DNA of 64,000 nt from Takakia lepidozioides. Lineage: Eukaryota > Plantae > Bryophyta. Location of the stretch: contig CM060733.1 in the NCBI GenBank assembly GCA_030704615.1, forward strand, positions 17,918,001 through 17,982,000. Reading direction: 5' to 3'. Each line of letters starts with the position of its first letter. The first letter of the stretch is position 1. Positions 63,331 to 64,000 of the stretch are shown in pieces. A model generated the notes under the pieces. It searched no databases and had not been told where the DNA came from. It saw nothing but the letters and a program-made list of their open reading frames with translations. The translations under genes and the position numbers were made by a program.

Positions 63331-64000
63331 GTCTACCTGTGGATAAGTGATAGAGTTATTTCTCTACATTTGTTAGGATTTTTGTACTCTCTAAGATTTT
63401 CCAAAGGAAATGTGTTACGAAAAGTGTACTCTCTCTTGTTTGTTTGGTCCTGCCCTCAGGCAGAGACAACGCAATGGTTTCTCCCCGTTTGTCAAGGGAC
63501 CAGTTTTTCATGGTCCAACATTGTTGGATGCATGTTTTGGGTGGAATACATCGATTTTGAAATTTATTTGCTGCTTTAAGATTATGTTAGAGTTTGCTGC
63601 TTCTCATGTCGAGTGACATGTGGGTAGCAAAAACAGAATTAGTCTGCGCATTCTTTGCATGAAAATAAAGTATGGAACAGTGATGGGGACGGATTAAAGG
63701 CTATAGACTCAAGCAATGTGGGTTAGATTGATCCGAAACCAACAGGACTGGAAGACTAATAACACCCTTATTTGGAACATGAACCATACTCTGAGATGAT
63801 GAAGGGCAGGGCTCGCATGTAAGTAGTAAGTACCATGGTTTGTTAAAATGCCCTTTGGCCACCGGCCGCCCTGCTAATGTCCGCTAAAAATAGGTCTGCT
63901 AGGATTTAGCTAATGAGGAGCCGCACCAACAGTTAGCGGTGATATATTTTGCCCAAAGTGCCAGTGAAGATGCTCAAACTGCCCGCCCAAAATGAATTCA

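Noticed and set aside
63834-63945. Possible hAT MITE start (CCATGGTTTGTTAAAA, GCTA repeats)
   Set aside because: No second TIR or TSD within the window.

Overview
Eukaryotic, transposon-dense window from a land plant, most likely a non-seed plant (bryophyte or lycophyte). That assignment is inferred from spliceosomal COMT and shikimate-dehydrogenase genes plus Tcn1-type gag and Tx1/L1-type LINEs. Host genes: an intact 3-exon caffeic acid O-methyltransferase-like gene (12720-14078, -); the last two exons of a DHQ-dehydratase/shikimate-dehydrogenase gene with no visible upstream exons (16283-16660, -); and a spliced, unrecognised ~106-aa Cys-rich gene (58614-59750, +). Most of the rest is nested TEs: a large multi-ORF hAT (BED/DUF659) element with CG-rich palindromic arrays, at least five LINE copies, three CACTA ends/elements, several hAT MITEs, two Tcn1-like Gypsy remnants and a tRNA-Met-primed LTR. 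The standout is a decayed Ty3/Gypsy retrotransposon (29259-41565). Its polyprotein carries a full-length DNMT3-like C5 cytosine methyltransferase domain between protease and RT, plus a PHD finger after integrase: a retroelement with its own epigenetic writer and chromatin reader. All calls are by eye; no searches were run.
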